Below are positions 38,212 through 53,200 of a DNA stretch of 64,000 nucleotides, one piece after another. Numbering within the stretch: position 1 is the first letter of the stretch; every line of letters begins with the position of its first letter. The stretch is from Aplysia californica (lineage: Eukaryota). A program made the position numbers and the translations under genes. The stretch is taken from contig NW_004797935.1 in assembly GCF_000002075.1 (NCBI RefSeq), forward strand, positions 286,929-350,928, written 5' to 3'. The notes beneath the pieces were generated by a model, which worked only from the letters and a program-made list of their open reading frames with translations, was not told the DNA's origin and did not search any database.

Positions 38212-41200
38212 TTATCCCCTCACATACTTTGGCTTTGGCGTGGTGGGGCTGTAGGGCTGGAAGAGGTGCAACATCACAGCCTAGGAAAACAGAAAAAGTT
38301 TATTTTTTTCAAGTTTAGTAAAAGGGTTTTTCTTTTTTTTTTAAGTAAAAGTTTTACGGCACTTGCAACACAATAAAGTCGTATGAGTGCCGAAGAATAG
38401 AGATGTTACAAGAGAGTAACATACACAAAAAAGGAGGAGAGATAAGGACGATAGATGTCTGATAGGAAAGAAGGAGCAAACCACACCAGAGCAACCGCCA
38501 ATCACCCACTTAGTTAGAGTTTTATGGCACTTGGAACAAAAATAGGTTATATAAATGCGGAAGATTAGAGGTGCTGCTACAGATTAACATACAAAGGAAA
38601 GAAGGAGGAGAGATTATAATGATAGATGTTTGGTAGGAAACAAGGAGCAAACCACACCAGAGCACCTGCCAACCACCCATACAGAAAATCTATTTTTTTT
38701 TAAAGGGAGAACACAAAGTTTAGTGAAAAACTTACACATTGGTCCGGACTAAAGAAAAACAAAAAAAAAACACAATATATATATATATTTTAGCAGCAGT
38801 TCTGGGTAGTAATAGATAGTTCTAAAATAAGCAAACAAACAAGAACTTACCTTCTCTCTAAAAAGTGGAATCATGTTGTCATGGTTAAAAAAACACACAC
38901 AAAAACTGAAGGCAGCTACAAGTACAAGCACCCAGAAAATTACATACATACTTACACACATGCAATGACTAGTGGAGGGGAAAGGGGGGGGGGATGTGGG
39001 AGGGGGCAGGGANNNNNNNNNNNNNNNNNNNNNNNNNNNNNNNNNNNNNNNNNNNNNNNNNNNNNNNNNNNNNNNNNNNNNNNNNNNNNNNNNNNNNNNN
39101 NNNNNNNNNNNNNNNNNNNNNNNNNNNNNNNNNNNNNNNNNNNNNNNNNNNNNNNNNNNNNNNNNNNNNNNNNNNNNNNNNNNNNNNNNNNNNNNNNNNN
39201 NNNNNNNNNNNNNNNNNNNNNNNNNNNNNNNNNNNNNNNNNNNNNNNNNNNNNNNNNNNNNNATTGTGATCCACAGCCTGTTCTCGGCGGCCCTCCAAAC
39301 CAATGACTCCTGGCCGTAGTAAATGTCGTCCGTGACTTCGTGGGGCCGGCGTGGCAGACTGTGCAGGAACACCCACTCTCCACCCGCTTCCTTCATCATC
39401 TGATGAAAATGGAAAACATAAAATTTTATAGCTGCCAACTATTCAAAAACAAAAAGAAAAAAACCATACTCTACCCCCAAAGCGGGTTAAAATGGTGGGC
39501 ATAGGCCAACTAACCCGCATCCAAACTCAAAAAATTTTTCTGCATTTAATAAATTCAAGCTATTCAAAGTAGACCTGCTACAAAAGATCTCTCCAAGTGA
39601 CTTACGGGCTTTGTTCTCATCATTATTGGCAAATCCATCTTGAAAGTTTGTAATTTTTCTACAGTATTAGACCATTAAGAGTAATACTAGAAAAACAGAG
39701 AATACATATTTTTTTACACCAAAAAAAACAGATTTTCGTATTAGACTCTTACAAAGTCTATAAATATATTAACTTCACAACTGGAGAATGGAAGCACAGT
39801 TTTTCATGTTTTGTTGTAAATCAGATTCCCAGCAATCTACTATTGAAATTTGAATGTTCAAAACTTTAAAACATTTTAAACTCTCCATGGCATTTCCATT
39901 AATTTTACTGACTTCCCCAATTAATTATCAGTTACTAAATACAATGCAGCATAAAAAACAAACAGTTGATAGGGAATAACCCCCCCCCCACACACACACA
40001 CACACAAAAACAACAACAACAACAACAATTTTAAAAACAAGATGTTCCGTCCAACCTTTCTATTCACTCCAAATCCAGCAAAATCTTTAATTCTTTTCTT
40101 GATGTTTTCATCGTCTGCTCCTGGTTTTGTCCACGAGTCTGCGATGATGGCATCAGCCCGGTACACAGCTTGCAACGGATCATTACCGATGAGGAAAGAC
40201 GCCCCAGTCTACAACAAAAGACCAGACAACATTTGTTTTACTTCTTTCAGCAGGAAAAAAAAGTTAAATCTCTTGCCAAGCAAAGCTTGAGAATTAAAAC
40301 AAAAGAGCATAAATAAAAAATAATCAATGGATTGTTCTTGCCACTTACTCGCTTATACAATCTCAAAGAGCAGTGTGAATTAGCTGAACAAGCAACAGGG
40401 GACATAACAATGGATCAGCAGAACATGGTAACAGGGGACATAACAATGGATCAGCAGAACAGGGTAACAGGGGACATAACAGTGTGGATCAGCAGAACAG
40501 GGTAACAGGGGACATAACAGCGTGAATCAGCAGAAAAGGGTAACAGGGGACATAACAGTGTGGATCAGCAGAACAGGGTAACAGGGGACATAACAGAATA
40601 TCTAAATACCAGTTGTTGTTTGGTGTGGGTTTTTTTTTGGGGGGGGGGGGGGTGGTAAGTGTTTTACGGCGCTCGCAACTGCATAAGGTCATATGAGTGA
40701 GCGGGACACACCTAACATTTTCAGATGGTAGGAAATTAAAAATTTTGCCCGGGTGACGGCCAAAGAGTCAGGAGCCCAGAGGAGGGAGCAAAGGAGGTGG
40801 GGGGGAGGGGGGGGGCAGAAAGTGGAGACAACAGCAGACGACAGAATATTGCTAGATTGCTGGAAAGGAGGTGAAAGGAGACAATTTTAGAGAAAAAATT
40901 GTTCCGTCGCTACCTGTATTCGAGTCCGGGACCTTTGAATAAGAGGCGAACACCTTAACCTCTAGGTCACAAGAGCCCCCATACCAGTTTTAACATCAGG
41001 AGAACAGAGTTCTGTTTAACTGACATCTATAAGCAGGCACACAGATTATGAGACAGTCTGAATTCATGATATCTGCTTGTACTAATTTGTGCTGTATAAA
41101 TGTATTGCACAAACTGTGCACTCCTTTTCCAAAATGTTTATTTGATTTGACTAGAATGAAAAAAGGTAGTGAAAATAATTACCAGTCTTCATTCAGAATA

Positions 41201-44200
41201 TTGAATTGAGTAAACAATATTTCAAAACATATTTTCTGACGCCTTAAGGGCAATCATGGTAAGCTTTTTGTGAATTTAAGTGTAAAATAAGATGTACTTA
41301 AACATACTTCTGGGATTTTTAAAACTCTTTATTCACCACTGGATATGACATGAACCTAACATCTGCAGATAAATTTCATTCAACATCATTTCTAGCCCGT
41401 GGCTGTAGAACTAACACTGCACGTACCTGCCCTGAGATCTTCATAGCGTCCAGCATAACATCTGTGTCTGGCTCATAGCCCTGAAGAGGAAGCAACCGTC
41501 AAACCCAACAGTATTTGAAACAGTTAAAAATATTCTTCTGAAGCAAAATGGGTAAAAATAAATCTTTGTTCAAACAAGGCTAAATGTATTTCATCAAAGA
41601 TTAGAATGGTCCACAAGTAGAAGTATGTAATTACGATGAAATTTTCAAAGACAGCAACAAAGCCATAGAAAACAACCACATCTCAATAACAGGGTAACAT
41701 TCTTTTGACATCACGGAAAGAAAACTAAAAATTTGAAGAAAGAAAAAAAAGGTGTCAAAAGACAATTTCAACACATTATATAAACCCTAGGCATGCTAGT
41801 TAGTTATATTATAACTGGCTAGCATGCTTAGGGTTTATCAAACAAAGAGACAGAGAGAGTTCATGCCCACTTACACACTGTTTGGGCATGCTTGGGTGAG
41901 CAAGTTGTGCATTATTGAATGTGTATCATAGTACATGAAAGTAAGTAGTGTATTTCTGTGTTGATGCTGAATCTTTGTATGTTGATATTCCTTGAATATA
42001 TCCATTCAAAATTTCCTCTCTGGGTCCATAAAGTTTATTTTACCTCATCGTATCTTATTTTATCTTATCTTAACTTACCTTACCTTATCGTATCTTACCT
42101 GATCTAACCTTATAAGCTGTTTGATTCCCCTAAACAGTGTCAGACTCACCACTGGTGTGGCTGTATTGAGGTCAATGCCTAACCTAGCACAGCCGTACAA
42201 CAGAGAGTTGAGGACGCTGTTTCCGTCTCCGATCCAGGCAATCTTGAGGCCTCGCAAATAGCCAAAGTATTCCTGTACGAAAATAAGCACACAATACCCA
42301 TACGATAAGGAAACTGAATTGTGCAACAGTTAAGTATATGGACAACTGTGTAAATCACTGAATACACAACAGCATCAAGTAGAACAGTCAGGATACATAT
42401 GCTCATTTATTGATAACAAAAGAGGTGGAAAGAGGAAAAAGGACAGGNNNNNNNNNNNNNNNNNNNNNNNNNNNNNNNNNNNNNNNNNNNNNNNNNNNNN
42501 NNNNNNNNNNNNNNNNNNNNNNNNNNNNNNNNNNNNNNNNNNNNNNNNNNNNNNNNNNNNNNNNNNNNNNNNNNNNNNNNNNNNNNNNNNNNNNNNNNNN
42601 NNNNNNNNNNNNNNNNNNNNNNNNNGAGCTTGGGGTGTGGGTGTGTGTGTGTGTCTGTGTATGCAAAGGGGGGGGGGGGATGATGAACTATTATATCCTA
42701 CTTCTGAATTTACTAAATGTAGGTGTATGCACAATATTCAGGTAATCAGCACTGCCTTGGCCTTTTACGGGACGTTCACACCCTAGCCCTACAAGATACC
42801 AGGTGAGCTATCAGCGCCAAGTACCATAATAAAATCAGTAATAATAGATCGCATTTGTATAGCGCAAATCCCCGCTCAACAGCAAGCTCTAAGCGCTTCA
42901 CAATCTATACTATTACCCCAGCAGACCTGAGAGCATTCTGAAACAAACTCAACTTCCTGGGAAGCATACAGTACAAGCAGCCATTTATAGGCGCTTAAAC
43001 ACTAACATACTGACAAGATCTTTCGCCGTCTATGGCTTGGTACCCATTCCCACCTGGGAGAAGTGAAGACAGTTCGTGTAAAGGGCCTTCCCCAAGGACA
43101 CAACGTCGGGCCCGCAGCTTGAACCCCTGAACCCGCAACCTCACAATTACAAGTCCGGTAGCCTAACCACTAGGCCACCGACGCCACAGTAATAAGAATC
43201 TATTAAGCTGCAGCTTTTCTAAAATTTGTGACCGAGTTATAAGATTGTTTGAGATTAGTGGGGTTCTATCGGGGCTTTGTGAATGTTTCAAGCTTAGGTT
43301 TGTCGCAGTTTCTATCTGCAAACCACACATGGTGATCCAAGTCTCATTCTGAAATGAATATTCCGCTCTGAGAAAAATACACATTAACACACACACAAAA
43401 TTCTATCTGTTTTTGCTTTTAAAACTCACCATCTTAGATGTAAAACATCTCAAATGTACCTAAAATGTAGACAGAACCCTTTAATCTCATACATCAATAT
43501 TGTACTGTCAAGCAGGTGCATTGGGAAAGCTACTTTGTCTGCTAGTTTCTTTTTCTTTCTACAAATCCTCCTTTCTGAAAACAGTTTTTTCTTTGTACCT
43601 CTCATTGCTACTCTGCAGAGCGTGAAGTAAACAAGAATTTTTTTCAGCTTTCCTTTGCTATAAACTGGCTCATACCAAAGTGAAGTTGAAAATGCAATAT
43701 AGAATAGGCCCTACAAGGAAAAAAAAGTTGGACAAAAACTTTAACTTTAAGAAAAAATACGAGAAAAAAATACTACTCATCCCTCAATACTTTTAAATAA
43801 ACAAGGACAGGAAAATCTAAGTATTTAAGAGTAAAATGCAAGTATATAAGAAGCTGCAAATCTGAATACTCTCCATTTAATTATAAAGGGAGATATCGTA
43901 TCAGCATCAGCAGATGCACATAGTTCATATATAAGTAAAAACAGAGGAATAGCAACAAACACAACATGTTAGAGATTCTCTCATTTTTACCTGCAGCGTG
44001 ACAAAATAGGCCAAGACCTGCAGAGGCTGAAGCAGGTCAGACATTCCAGTGACCACAGGCACCGTTGACTCATTGGCAACTTCTTCCAGAACTTCCTGTT
44101 TTCCCGCACCGACGATGATGAGATCAGCAGCCCCGGCCAGCAACCTGGACAATCATACACACACATGTTTGTTCATTATTTACAACAAAAAAAATTTGTT

Positions 44201-47200
44201 AATGTGGGTGTTTTTACGCCCCTATTTGTCCCCGCGTTTTTTTGCAAAAAAAAATCTGAAACTATACAAACTGAGCAGAAAAAATGTGAAATTATGCGAT
44301 TCTGTTAATTTTAACAAAGAAAGATAAAGGAAAATCATCAGAAATTATGCAAAAAGTGATCAGATTTTGCTAAACTATGCGGAGTGCATAAAACCCCGGG
44401 AACAGCCCTATCAATACAATGTAGATCATATAGGAGGCAGACTCTGACCCTGCCTGTCAGAGCCAACCTAGGCTGAGAGGGAAACAACACCCTGGCAGAA
44501 ATACTGAGACACTTGACGAAATTCTCCCCACTCAGGAACCAAACGTGGGTCTCCTGTATGCTTGAACGAAGTGCCTAACCCCTACACCACAGTTGCCGGT
44601 TGATATAGACTTGTTTAAGAGAAAGTAAGAGGAGGGGAAAATTAGGCAGGGCAAGGGCACGGGAAAATCCCCCCCCCCCCCCCTTTATTTATGAGATGTG
44701 CTATGACACAATTGAATTTTCATTCAATGTTAAAATAAAGGGTCAAAACAATTATTTTTGTGAACAGGAAATATGTAAAAGGTAAATATTGATATAATAA
44801 TATATAAAGACATTCTAATTCCTTAAACTATTAAAAGGCTTGTAACCTCGACGATGAGTCAGAAAAATCAGACATAATGTAAAACACATTAACTGATTAT
44901 AATCTAAATATGCTTAGACATACATTGATCAATACTGAAAACAAAATATGAACTCTTTTTTTTCACAAACATAAACAAAGTATATCAGCCATAGAGACAA
45001 TACCTCCTTATTCAGTGCAGTGTATTCTGATTCAGAGCTTCTTTCTGCTTCTTCCTTTTCAGTCACAAAATTCAGAGCAATAGCCAGCAAAAATTTCAAG
45101 TAGAAAAAGATAAATAAACAGGGTGGAACATCACCATTCTACACTAACTTACCTTGCAGAATCTTTCCAGTTTTCCTTCCCATCAAGGTGAAGGTCACTG
45201 GCGTTGAAGTAAGCCGCCTGGCCACCAAGTCTCGCCAGACCTGAGCCACAAAAATTATCTCATTCACAATACTGAGCTTGTTTCCTTACTATACAGAAAA
45301 CTGAACTCAACTTTATTATTTCTTTTCCTTAATCTGAAAAGGCTCCAAAAGAAGCTCTCAGTTCAAAACAAAATTTTTAAAATTTGTGGATGAGAAGCAG
45401 TGACATGAGGAATCAATGCTTGACTACTGACTCTATGAAGTTGGAAATGTATGAAACAATTTCATTTTCATACAGGATTTTTTTTAAAATCAAAAGGGTA
45501 TATCAGCACCAAGATTGCTCCCAACATTGCATCATTTGACACAGCTTCTGCTCTTTCTAAATATTGGTAGCCAACAGGTAGACCCCACACAACTATTTCT
45601 TTTATTTAAAAAAAAAAAAAAACGAAGAGGAAAAAACTGACCAATCTGATATTCTTCAAAACAATTCAAATACTTTTAAAAAACCCAAGGGTATATTTAC
45701 CAATGTATACTCGAGCCTCGTTTCGGACACGGATTTTTTTCACACACACACACACACGCAAAAAATCCAGACAATAGAACAGCAATATTCACCTAGCTCA
45801 GCATTAAGCCGAGAAGCTGTATCATCCTTTTCAAAAACTAGCGCTGCAGTTTTGCCAGTTAGTGGCTGAAGCACCTAAGAACAAAAAAATACAGATAGTT
45901 TGAGCAGTATGAAAATCATCATTAAGCTGTCCCCGTCATTTTATGCAAGAAAAATTCTGAGATTATGCAAACTGAGCCCAAAAATGTAAAAATATCGATT
46001 CTGTTAATTTTAACAAAGATTGATAAAGGAAAATAATCAGAAATTATGCAAAAAATGATCAAATTTTGCTAAATTATGCAGGGTGCTTAAAACACAGGGA
46101 CAGATTAAGATTTCTTTTCACCACGGCCATAAAAGATTTCTTTTCACCATGACCATAAAATGCACTAAGTTTACGTACGACAGCCCACCTTCCCCACCCC
46201 CCCAGAAATAAGTGAATAAGTGTGGTAGTGAGCTCAAATAGAGAAAGGTAGACGCTGATATGAAATAAAAGATGTTGTTGTTATCGGTCAAGAAGAAATA
46301 AAAGAAATAAAAGATAAATGAAGGGCACCATATTGTTGCTAAAGTGTTCACATAAGAAAAGGATTCAAGAGCATACAAGAAGATATCACGGAATCAAGTG
46401 TATCTACAAAGCAAAAAAATATGTTTATACCTCTCCATTATCTTTTATTCTGGTTTTCAGATCCTTTGCTGTCCACAAAAACTGATGAATCTCATCTTTT
46501 CCGAAATGCTTCAGGCTGAGAAAGTCACGGCCCACCAGGAATCTGAACAGACAGACCAATTTGATAAATTTACGAGTCAACCTCACAAAGTTAGCTTTAA
46601 AAAATTGCACCAACGTGAATTTTAGACAATCAGGTTTTTTTCTTTTAATTCTAGCTTAAATACAATATACAGTGGGAACTTTTTACTATTCTCCATGTTG
46701 AGAAAATAATCAGATACAAAATATTAAAACTTCTTTTAAACTTTTAAAACTTCTCAGCTGGGGGTGCTATGCTCTTTAAGAAAAACAAAATGTTTTTTTT
46801 CCCACAGATTATTCAGTCCTCTTAATTAGACCTGTGCCCATTCGATTTCATTATTTGACATTCATGATTTTTTAACTATTCACAGCTATTCGAAGCGTGG
46901 CAGAGCCAATCGAATGCTGTGTGATTTTTTTCCGCAATGAATTTCTTCTAATTTTTCTCAACCCGTAGTAAAATTAAAGCATAATCAAATATCTAAATAC
47001 ACTGCTGTAAATTCGACGTTATGTTCTGATTGATGATTACGGGACAGAGCGATAAGAGGAGCCAGTAGGAGTTATAAAATGTGCCTCTAAAAAGCACTCA
47101 TGATGCACTCAATAGACTGTCACTTCAAAGTGCAGCCGGAGATTTTGTATACATTGCATAGCCTACTGAGCTCCTTTTGCACAATTCGATATTCGAAGTA

Positions 47201-50200
47201 CAAGACGATATGGGTACCCACCACCGCTTTGAAGCGCAGTGGCCATATGGGTACCCACCACCGCTTCGAAGCAAAGCGAATGTTTTTTTTGTACGTTGGC
47301 ATACTGAGCTCTCATTGGACAATGTGACATTCAAAGCATGGGTACCCACTCCACCACCGCTTCGAAGCGCAGTGAATGTTTTTTTTGTATGCAGGCATAC
47401 TTAGCTCCCCTTGCAGGATTCAAAGATTCAAAGCATAAGGCTATATGGGTACCCACCACCGCTTCAAAGCCAGAGGCCATATGGGTACCCACCGCCGCTT
47501 CAAAGCGCAGCGAATGTTGTGTTTATTTTTTTTTTATTGTAGGTTGACAGACTTACTTAGCTCCCCTTGACATTCGAAGCACAAGGTTATGAATGTTGTG
47601 ACGTGATGTCATTGCACCGCGGGGTGTCGTGCGGGATTAGAGCCAGTCGTGTTTTGATAGAACACAAAACAAAAACAAAAAAAGAACACCAAAAAATCAG
47701 CCAACCACCATAGCCTACTTGTGGGGAGATCCACAACATTTCTACAGTTTTTGGGTGGGCCTTGGCGCTGTGGGGGGATGGCACGCGGGGACTAACGAAA
47801 TGAGAGATAAGAGTATTATAAGCCGAGCGCGCAAGGCTAAAAATACACGTCACACACCTTGCTGTTACACTCACATGGCCTTTTGTCTCAATCTTTATTC
47901 CATTGTCTGTGCTCTCTCTTACTTTATGGCTGCACAGTAGATTGTTGGGAGTACATTCTGTTCCCTTGCTTTTGTCCATTTTAGGCCAGTTCTTTGATCG
48001 TTGCACTGATGTGTAATTTTAGAGATTGCATTGTCCTTCAGATTGCAAATTTGCATTCTGTTTCTGATTTATTTGTTCAAAATTGTATGTGTAATTTGTA
48101 TAGTTATTATTAGGCCTATTATACTGCCAACAGAATTCTCTTGAACCTTTTTACCCATTTACTGCTAGAAGTCTTAGCTTATATATAAATCTGCGCAGTT
48201 AAATTTAGTGTGATTTGATCAAACTGTACCATGTCAAGCAAACGCACAGAAAGTATTGTTTGGCAGTTTTTCTAGAAGAATAAAGAAATAAAGCTACCAA
48301 TAAAAGAACCTCCCAAAGACAATACAACTTAGCAAACAGCAGTGTTGTGCGACGCAGCGACAGTGTGCATGTGTGTTAGATCAATTGATCTCCGCTCGCT
48401 TGGTAAAAAGTTTTTTCTCTTGTCCAAGTTCCTTTTTTTTTCCTTCCAAGCAGACACTAGGCACGAGTGGTCGCCTGTTTTTATTATTCCCCCTCTCCCT
48501 TCCCCCTCTGCTACAGTCGCTTTTTTTTTATTTATTTTTAAAAAGCAACAAAAAAATTGTTTCATCATCGCACACGTTACGCAAGCCATGGGTGCTATAC
48601 GAAAAGAGGCAGACACACACAGAGCTGAGAATCACTGGATGAATAGTGCTGTGATTGTGAATAGTGAATATTCAATAAAGAATGCTGCTGATAGACTCAC
48701 GGCATTAGGCCTCACCTTAGGCCTACATGTACAAGTATAAAAAAAGCTATTCGCAAACGATATTCGAATAGCACAAATAGTGACATCGGGCTTCGAAGCT
48801 TCGATGATTTTTTAAAAACTCAAAATCGCACAGCATTACTCTTAAGAGTGCCTCTTAAATAGCCTTTATGTCTTAAATTGTGCAGACCGATAGCATAACA
48901 ATCTCCGAGACAGATTAAGAGGCCTGTTAATGAGGGGACATGATTTTTTCAGGTTGGGGGGTAGGGGGGTTGGAGAGGGGGAAGCAAATGTATAACAAAT
49001 AGCAACAGCAAAAGAATGTTTTTCAACATAAAATGCTCAAACTGGTTACAGCATAAAATTTTACAAAAAATGAATTGTGAAAATATCAGAATAATCTGAC
49101 TGAAAGGCAAACAATAAAAAAAAGGAGGAAACTTCAATATGCCTCAACTTAGTACCTCTTTGGCTTTGTTTTTTCTTCACCAGAGTCAGGAGTCAATTCG
49201 ATCTTGCTAGTCTTAGGTCTCAGAATGGAAGTCAGTGATTCCTTTTTCAGCATAGCCTTCTTCGCAAAATCCGGTGAGAATTTCCCACGCATGATGCTAA
49301 AACTGGATGTGTATAGGCATGAATACACTTAACTTATATTTAGTTTAAATAAAAATTACTATTGCAAGAAATTTAGTTTATAAAAACGGAATAAAGCACT
49401 ATTAAACTTCAATAGTGTTGTCTTTTAGTCGCAATGCATGTTGAGTCTGTACGATCTCATTGAGTCTGTACGATCTCATTTTATCAAGTACATGTATAAA
49501 AAAACAATATTGTCTCTGAAAAGAGGCAGAAGAAGAATCTACCAAAGACCTGTATCTTCTATCTTCTGTAAAAATACTGAAAAGACTGACCGCCAGAGAA
49601 AGACTCGTAGTACGAAACAGTTTTCTATCCTCAGATTCAATCAAAACAAACTGGAAATTTTCAAATCTTCAGATATATATATGCCTTTAGAACTTCTTTG
49701 GAAAGGGAATAACAATTAATTTCTGAGATACGAGTTTGTGTATTTTTAGAATAATTAGCCTTTTCGGCAGAACTGGAAAATTTTATAGGCCTATTTTTTT
49801 TTACTGCGACCATCAACCAGGTGGCACTTAGTCTTGGCAAGTCTAGTTCCAAGACCAGTGCACGCCTGCCTTGGAGAAGAAAGTGCAACTTCTTTATTCA
49901 TAAGGTTCACAAGAGGCAAGGAAAATATATTTCTGCCACAGTTTCAATTAAGTATCCCTAGAGGCTCTGACAGCGATAGAAAATAGAAGTGGATTATAAA
50001 TAGATTCCAATACTGGCATTTCAAAGCTTTTAAATTTATAAGACACGAACAAAACAATAATGAAACTAGATCTAGCTTTGACTGCTTTTGGGACTTTTTG
50101 TTTTTTTAATACGGAGAGCCCATTGCGGAAGGGATTAGATAACTAGTCTGGTCGGATCGATCGTCCGACTCGTCACATGACGAGGAAGCGAGTCGGGTGC

Positions 50201-53200
50201 GGCTTGTGCCATGCTAGCCGCTTTGCACCCTCAGTCTGGCTAGCAAAACGCCCCGACCAGACCCGATCTTCCAATGGGCATTGGAAAGGGTTTAAGAAAA
50301 GTAAACATCTAGTTTCACTAACTTTGTCAAAGCATAGGTCTGGCGAAAAACTAGTGAATTAGTTCTTGCGGTCTTGCATCAACAAAACGATCTAACCGGA
50401 CTCAGTATAAATATCATAACTCAAACAAAAACTAGAATATTGCATTCAACTAAAAAGCTGCACATTCAGAAATTTATGGAGTCTGCTCTTGGCCTGTATA
50501 TGATAAGATAGCTATGCTGATTCGCTTTCACATGTTTAGTGTGTGAAATTTGTTCCTGTCAAAATGTATTTTTCTCACCACCATCGCCATTTCTAACACT
50601 TGTAATGCATACGTATGTTCAAAATTAATCTTTGTTTCATGTTGGAATGTGTTCCTCAATTTCCTTCAATTTGATATATCATATGTTACGTTTTGAGTGA
50701 TGGTATGCTAATATGAAGTTATATTGTACATCACCTGTGTAGCCGAAACGAGTCACAAGTTAATTACATCTAGACCCCAAAACAACTACGTCCAGAAAGA
50801 GTTAACAAGAGTTTTATAATAGGTCGGCTTTATTTCTCCGAACAATTGGGAAAATAAACTTGAACTTCTATTTCTCAGAACGGTTTCCGTTCTCAAGATT
50901 TTTTGGTTATTNNNNNNNNNNNNNNNNNNNNNNNNNNNNNNNNNNNNNNNNNNNNNNNNNNNNNNNNNNNNNNNNNNNNNNNNNNNNNNNNNNNNNNNNN
51001 NNNNNNNNNNNNNNNNNNNNNNNNNNNNNNNNNNNNNNNNNNNNNNNNNNNNNNNNNGTGTGTAAAGTAGTAAAGTGTGTGTGTGTAAAGTGTGAACGGG
51101 GAGGGGGGGGGGTGCATGGAGGGAGGGGGGGGGGGGGCATAGAGGGATTTTTTTGGGGGGGTGGTTTAGTTTTTGCTTTAGGGGTAGCCAAAAGCAAAAT
51201 AGGTTACTGCCAAATTCGAGCAGTCTTGTTTTCTCGTAGATGGCATTTTCAAATATAACATAGTCCAGGAAGGTTGCCCCAACTACAATTGAAGTATCTG
51301 AATGTTCAAACAACTAAAAATTTCTAGACCTAGATCTAGCTCTAGAAATTGTATTTGATGCAAAAAAAATGCTTCTCTTCCCAGTCCTCGCAGATTGGCA
51401 GAATGAAAGATGACGCCAAACTTTCACAAATAACCAACAAAACTCGAGAACGGAAACCATTCGGAGAAATAGAGTTCAAGTTTATTATCCCGAGCGTTCG
51501 GAGAAATAGTCACTTCGTTAACAATATATATAGATCTAGATCTCTAGATCTAGGCCCTATATATAGCTAAACAAAAGCTGTTACATCCCTTATGGAAGGC
51601 AGCCTTGCCCTTTAGGACACAACTGTATTATTCTCACCCGGGGTGAAAATAAAAATATAATTTTATTCTCACCCGGGGTGAGAATAATATTATATTGTTA
51701 TTCTCACCCCGGAGAATAAAATGAGAATCATTCTCACCCGGTCTGAGAATGCAATGGATTTTTATTCTTAGGCCTACCTGGATGTTGAAAACGGATGATG
51801 CAAAATAATTTGTGAATTGTAAGAGGTTCGTGACCTGCCCCAGAGCGCTGGCCGATTTTTCTGGGCTCCCGCGGGGATTGTTATTGTATAATTTTTTAAA
51901 ACCCCTCCCGCGCTCGAGAGCTGGCTCGCCCATTGGCGATTTTAGTCGCCTCACGCGCTCAGTGGAGTGAGAGAGGGAGGCGAGTTTTGTCGCCTGGAGC
52001 GCTCAGTGACAGGGGTCCTATGATGCCCGAAACGAAAAAACCGGGTGAGAATAGTAGGCTGTCCTTATTCTCACCCGGGGGGAGAATAGCATCAACGGGG
52101 TGAGAATAATATCCAGCCTCACCCTGGGTGAGAATAATCACTCCCTTAGGACACAACATAAAACGGTTCTTTTGTTTGGATTAAAAGTTCAGACGTATGA
52201 ATATGAGCAAGTTATAAAAAGACAAATTCTTGGTCTTGATCTACGGAAGTCCTTCCGTTTTGTTTATATGAAGTGACTATTCGGACTCGAGTCCGAATAT
52301 GAAAAAATGTTATTCGGACTCTGATTCTTGTCCAGCATGACATCACTTCCGACTTCCTGCGACTCGTGACTCCGGCTTCCTGTCCTGCCTCACTCGTGAC
52401 TCGCCTCAGGCTGGGTAGAGACCGGGATCACTTCGGGCAAAAGGGCGTTTTGTGCAGGAGCCGAGTTTTAATCTTATGATCTGAATTTGAGGCCGGCCTG
52501 AAAAGTTATATTATAGCGCTTCTAATAATAAATGTTTATTTGTCAAGAGGTCATCAGAAGCAATTAAAGATGGCTCGTTAGCGTGTGTCGGGGTCGGATG
52601 GGCGGCCTGCACACGTGTGGCTGTGTGCGTGTCGGGGAGGGGGGTTGGGGGGCACTATCGGTCCGGGCGTTGAACGTCGCATACGCGTCAGTCTTTTTCC
52701 CCCCGGCAACTGATCATTATTACAATAATAAGGCTTGACGTAGATCTACGTAATGAATTGTGCCCTGGTCTATGGAATCAAAAGTTGCCGTATGCTCAGC
52801 TCTACACAGCAACACAACTTTTTCTTGGTAAACAATTGATATGACACAGGCTTGTGTATTTGAACGAATCGCTTTTTTTTTTTACACAGCTCATAATATG
52901 CAGCTGCCAGGTGGTCTGCTAATCTTCAATTTTACCTTTTTCTACAACAAAGAAAGTGGGAAATATGGGGGGTGGGGGGGGGGCGTATCAATGAGGCGGC
53001 GGGCATCGGATCGGCAGAAAAGGTGTGGGGAAACTAAAAAATGGCGGAAAATTGGAAGCACTGAACGTTAGATCTATAGAACGAAGACACTCCCTTTTTT
53101 CGGGACCTGCGTCTGAATAACATTTTTTCATATTCGGACTCGAGTCCAAATAAGAATTTTTTTTATTCGGACTCGAGTCCGAATATGTAAAAATGTTATT

